Below are positions 59,901 to 64,000 of a DNA stretch of 64,000 bases, one piece after another. Every line of letters starts with the position of its first letter. Within the stretch, counting starts at the first letter, position 1. The notes beneath the pieces are model-generated. The model did not search any database, was not told where the DNA came from, and saw only the letters and a list, made by a program, of their open reading frames with translations. The translations under genes were made by a program, and so were the position numbers. The DNA is taken from positions 893,988-957,987 of the forward strand of contig MU053588.1 of assembly GCA_013239625.1 (NCBI GenBank). The letters are read 5' to 3'. The DNA is from Lama guanicoe. Lineage: Eukaryota.

Positions 59901-61180
59901 TCAGCTCAAAAGATTCCTTCTCAGAGAGACCTTCCTTACTCCCCAATATAAAGCACTAGCCTGGCCTTGTTCTTTCTCATAATATCTGGTGGTTCTTATT
60001 TCTCTTCTGAGCACTTATCATAAGCCCTAAATCTGTACTCATTAGTCTGTTTGTTTATTTGGCACAGGCCTCCCATGATTATTCCTCTCACCACAAATCC
60101 CCTTCTCAAGGCTAATTCCTCATCATTGGATGTACCTCTCCCAGGAAGCTTCACTGACACGCCCACTTTCCTAATCTGAGTTAACATAACACCTCCATCC
60201 AAGATGGAACCACTCTGATTGTGTTTCTCCCATCCCTGCCCTGACCCCTCTGACTACACAACTCTCTCATCAGAGCTCCACAGTCCATAGACTGCTGCTG
60301 TCTTCCACTCTGTGCTGGTAGCTCCATGAAGACAGGAACCAGGACTGAAGGGCACAGCTGTATCCCCAGCATCACACCACAGAGCCAGCCAGGCATCTTA
60401 CAAAGGTTGAAGGGAGGAATGCATGCATCATATCTTGAGTCACATCCCAGATTATTCCCTTTACAGCCCTAATTATATCCCCAAATTATCTTTCTGGCTT
60501 GTTTGCTTCCTAGTTTAGTGTCTGTCTTCCGACTAAACTCTGAGCTGTAAGTTACCAAGGACCAGTGCTATGCTTACTACCACCGGGTACCTAAATTCCA
60601 GCACTGGGCCTGGCACAAGGGAGTTGGAGCAAGGTACGCTGAATGAATAAATGAGATGCACACAACTCACGGAGATGAAAAGAAACTTAAAAAGGGATAC
60701 AAATTCATAGACACGGGGAAAGGGAGTTAACACAACAGATACAGGTTCAAATCTTAAATGAGGGGTAAACACGGCCCTCTGCGATCACGCAGGGCTATGA
60801 ATGCCATACTAAGGAGCGTGGGGAAGAGAGCCCGAGGCCACGGAAGGATGGGGAGCGGAATGATGGCTAACACAAATGAATGAAAGTTGCGTTTTTCTAC
60901 ACATCACACAATATCCCGCCCAAACTTGTTTTCTTCTAAAGGAATTTCCTAAAGAAAAGAAGAATCGAGCCCAACGAGCCCCCTACCCGGACCTGGCATC
61001 CCTGCGCTGTGCACACCATGTAGATCCAGATCCCTGACCTCGTGACCTCCGACCTGAGGCAACCTCGTCAACCGTCGAGGCGTCCCCGCTTCGCCCCGCC
61101 CTCCCGATCTCTTCGGCCGGCCACGTACGCCACTTACGCTGCCGGGGCGTCCCCGCCGCCACCAAGCCTCCTGGGTGCAT
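53815..61180 (-). CDS. YIF1B: Protein YIF1B (Yip1-interacting factor homolog B); join(complement 61138..61180 [alt 61129], 56889..57127, 56702..56806, 56457..56535, 56269..56326, 55082..55237, 54900..54993, 53815..53970), 309/312 aa
   Basis: 43(52)+239+105+79+58+156+94+156 nt with GT-AG junctions in consistent phase. Contains [39 protein letters not shown] and ends ...[10 protein letters not shown]. Confidence 0.97.
54900..54993 (-). CDS. YIF1B: YIF1B exon 7
   Basis: ccag|G ATG...TTC ATG|gtaagc; [31 protein letters not shown]. Confidence 0.96.
55082..55237 (-). CDS. YIF1B: YIF1B exon 6
   Basis: gcag|G TTC TCC...GTT GG|gtgagt; [52 protein letters not shown]. Confidence 0.96.
56269..56326 (-). 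CDS. YIF1B: YIF1B exon 5
   Basis: acag|CC ATG...GAT AG|gtaagg; [20 protein letters not shown]. Confidence 0.95.
56457..56535 (-). CDS. YIF1B: YIF1B exon 4
   Basis: acag|GAC TGG...CCA G|gtttca; [26 protein letters not shown]. Confidence 0.96.
56702..56806 (-). CDS. YIF1B: YIF1B exon 3
   Basis: ctag|ATC GAC...CAC CAG|gtgagc; [35 protein letters not shown]. Confidence 0.96.
56889..57127 (-). CDS. YIF1B: YIF1B exon 2
   Basis: tgcag|CC TCG AAA...AAG AAC|gtgagt; [22 protein letters not shown]...GKELVDKN. Confidence 0.96.
57251..57297. repeat. (CCAT)n microsatellite in YIF1B intron 1
   Basis: About 11 perfect CCAT units. Confidence 0.95.
59140..59736 (+). repeat. 111-bp dispersed direct repeat (59140-59250 and 59626-59736)
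   Basis: Two copies identical except one A/G difference, offset 486 bp. Confidence 0.95.
61129..61180 (-). CDS. YIF1B: YIF1B coding exon 1 (two donors, at 61138 and 61129)
   Basis: [14 protein letters not shown](RKW); donors C|gtaagt and C|gtacgt. Confidence 0.88.
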
Positions 61181-61206
61181 CCTTCGCCGCCACCGCCGCC
61201 GCCGCC

Positions 61207-61355
61207 NNNNNNNNNNNNNNNNNNNNNNNNNNNNNNNNNNNNNNNNNNNNNNNNNNNNNNNNNNNNNNNNNNNNNNNNNNNNNNNNNNNNNNNNNNNNNN
61301 NNNNNNNNNNNNNNNNNNNNNNNNNNNNNNNNNNNNNNNNNNNNNNNNNNNNNNN
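61207..61355. other. Assembly gap (149 N) flanked by GCC repeats
   Basis: Run of N. Confidence 1.
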
Positions 61356-61887
61356 CTTCGCCACCGCCGCCGCCGCCGCCCCAGCCACGGTTCGAAATGT
61401 GCCCGCCCGGCTCCCGTAGCCACGCCCTACCGGCGACACGACAGCCAATGGGCGTCACGATAGTGCAGAGACCACGCCCTCTCGCGGAGGCCTAGACAAG
61501 TTGGCGGTGAGAGGCGAGGACCGGAGACTGGTGACTAAGGCGCGAGTCAGGGCAGGAGAGGCAGGAAGGCGGAGCTGGGAACTATCCGAGGAGTAGGCGG
61601 TGTCCTGCTGGACCGGAAATGTAGGTGTTGAGCGAAGAGGCCGATGGGAAATGGAGTTCTCTATAGACCAACGCTCAATTTGGTCCCCGAGAGCACTGGG
61701 GAGCCCAAGGAGGATGTAGAGCAGGAGAGGAGAGACCCATTTGTGTTCCAGGGGCTAAATGGAGTTGTGCGTGCCCTAGCGCTTATGCAATTTTGGCAGA
61801 CTTTAGGTATTAAAGTGATTATTTAGAGTGAGAAAAGGACATCCAACAAGTTAGGTGTGGGAAGAACCAGGTGTCTTTCCTCGAGAT

Positions 61888-62361
61888 CGTTAAAAAACAA
61901 AACTAATTATAATTTATTATTAATGAAGTTCGAATACATTTGAAGACCTCATAGGCTTTATTCAGCAAATTATGAATGGGGCAGCATCCCATCTAGTAAA
62001 TAGAAAGGAGCTAGTAGGAGTTGTACAAAATGCAGGGTTTTTGTAAGAGGAGGGTGGAGCAAGAAAGTTATTAGCAAAATAAAAGAATTGTTTCAGGTCA
62101 GAGATCACCTTCTTTTAGGGTGAGGGTAAGGGTTTATTTTGTAGAATACCTCTTCTTCCTTTGTAGAGGAGGGGCAGAGATGGAGAGGGCCCACGGGGCA
62201 GATTACCTCATTGGCGCTGACCAAAAAATCCAGACTGGCTGATTAAGATTACCTTCCCAGGGAAGGTGGAAATTGCAATTAGGTCAGGTATTAAATCTAA
62301 GTTTGGCATGGGCTTTAGCATGAGTCATGCCATTTTTGGGTCTGTGGTTTTCTTTTTAACA
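61888..62361. mobile_element. ERV1-like LTR just upstream of the YIF1B promoter
   Basis: Inverted termini (C)GTTAAAAA...TTTTTAACA; no clear TSD. Confidence 0.5.
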
Positions 62362-63043
62362 ATACCTTTAGACATTTCCCTAGAAATTCATAAAAATGCT
62401 CCTGTGTTGCAGTCTGGTTTCCCTGGACTGCCAAAAGCACTCTATGACCCCCAGCAGCTCAGCACATACAGGCACACCTGCAAGCGAGGAGCCCTGAAAA
62501 CCAAGCTTCCTTAGTCTCTCCCGTCTCTGCCCTCAGTCGTCCCCTTTATCTAACCCTGTCGCCCCCTTTGTCTCCCCCTCGGCCTCCCCTTCTCTGTCCC
62601 TCAGTCTCCTCCACTTACCTCAGGCAAAGATAATGGTAGAAATGACTTATGAGGAGTGATAGCACTGCGGAAGGATGTCAGCAAGTTGACTTTATCACTG
62701 TGGCTTTCCCTTTCCTCCTCTGAGACATTGTCTTTTCTGGGGACCTTGAAGACTGTTCTGGTCTCTCAGTTATGAGTCCTAGCTAAGTTGCAGTCCTTTT
62801 TTTGTGAGTGAGGTACCCTCGTTCCTTTTCTGTCTCTCTGGTTTAGTATCTGTGCCTTGGGCTCCACCACCATTTTCTCATCTTCAGCCCTCTCTCTCTC
62901 CTAAATTCTTCTGTGACTATTATATATATTTTACTAATAAAGCAGGGATTTTGGCTTCCTGCTGGCCTCATGTTCACCCCTTCCTGATTGTGTGACTACT
63001 CTAGTTTTAAGGCTAAATGTTCTCATCTGTTTAATGGGAATAA

Positions 63044-63485
63044 TGTAAAACAAAACAAAAAAAATTACCCACCATCCAGTCCTACAAGAATCAAGTCATT
63101 AGCGACTGTAGTTGTTGACCTATACCCCAAAGGGAATTCAGGGAGAAGATCAGGATGAGGCACTCTGTGCTCCGGGAAAATAGGCCCTTAGATAGTTAGA
63201 AATATTTCAGGACATATTTTTTATGAACGTGGATTCTTGCATCTTCCCATACTAAAATTATTAACTAAGATAGCTGTTCCTTGTGACTAACAGTAACCTT
63301 CTAAGGAGATGTGTGCCTGATTGCATGTACCCCTTAACCATGTGTATACTGGCCTCTCCCCCTACTTCTTTGCAGCAGTTTCTCAGAGCTGAGAGGATGT
63401 CACTCAAGCTTTGTTCCTCAATAAGTCCCCAGCTGAAAGTAAAATTCACATTTCTCACATTGTGCTTTTTTTTTTCAAATTTACA
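63044..63485 (+). mobile_element. ERV1-class solo LTR inserted in a MIR
   Basis: TGTAAA...TTTACA termini, 4-bp TSD ATAA (63040-63043 / 63486-63489). Confidence 0.75.
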
Positions 63486-64000
63486 ATAATATAGAAGGGG
63501 TTGAGAATTCAATACAAGCCCATGTGTCCACAAGGCCTGGCATTATTATAAGCTTTTGATCACTGGCAGCTACTGTTACCATTTTTATTATCAGGTGTCT
63601 CTTCTAGGGTTGGCAGCCCCAAGTTGGGCTTTATCCTAAGAACTGCCACACTTTTATAAATAGAATCAGCTGGGGTGTGTCTGAGCTGGATCCCAAGCTC
63701 CACTCCTCTGCCAATCACATGTGGTTGGAATTCTGGGCTGTCCTCCAGAAAGCTGTCAGGGAGGATGATGAGTTACAGACCGAGGAGGGTGGAAGAAAAG
63801 TACCGGAGAAACTGAAGGAAAAATTCCTCCTTAAACAGAGGAGTATATCTGTGATTCTGTCAGGGAAAGAGAACCTGGCACACTCCTACTCATCCTTCAT
63901 GTCTCAGCTCAGACACTCCCTTCCTGATGAAGCTCTCATGACCTCCCTAAACTGGGTCAATTTAGGCTCCTCTAGGCTCCTCTGGGTCCCACAGTCCTCT

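Larger units (their letters stand above)
60950..61650. promoter_or_regulatory. CpG island / YIF1B promoter
   Basis: CpG-dense; CCAAT box 61445-61449, ETS-like CCGGAAAT at about 61613. Confidence 0.8.

Noticed and set aside
60949..61495. ORFs spanning the N gap, including an apparent N-terminal extension of YIF1B
   Set aside because: Frame continuity depends on an estimated gap length; unsupported
62400..64000. Start of the next syntenic gene (KCNK6 expected)
   Set aside because: No CpG island or K2P channel exon is visible in the window; likely beyond the right edge

Overview
Eukaryotic mammalian genomic DNA, most likely camelid because of repeated tRNA-derived SINEs of the vic-1 type (from recall, not a database search). 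It is syntenic with human 19q13.2. Four complete multi-exon genes were reconstructed by hand with canonical GT-AG junctions. PPP1R14A/CPI-17 is on the minus strand (4 exons, 147 aa). SPINT2/HAI-2 is on the plus strand (7 exons, 252 aa, two Kunitz domains). C19orf33/IMUP/H2RSP is on the plus strand (4 exons, 106 aa). YIF1B is on the minus strand (8 exons, 309 or 312 aa). The rest is mostly transposon-derived: SINEs with target-site duplications (TSDs), L1/L2 relics, MaLR/ERV1/ERVL LTRs, a decayed ERVL integrase, and Tigger/hAT DNA transposons. I found no convincing new gene or system. The best leads are a phase-compatible SPINT2-C19orf33 read-through fusion, an alternative reading frame in C19orf33, a microhomology-flanked 111-bp templated insertion in YIF1B intron 1, a GCC repeat at an assembly gap in the YIF1B 5' UTR, tandem CTCF-like sites, and a non-canonical PPP1R14A poly(A) signal. 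Repeat family names and comparisons with human proteins come from memory and need RepeatMasker/Dfam or BLAST confirmation.
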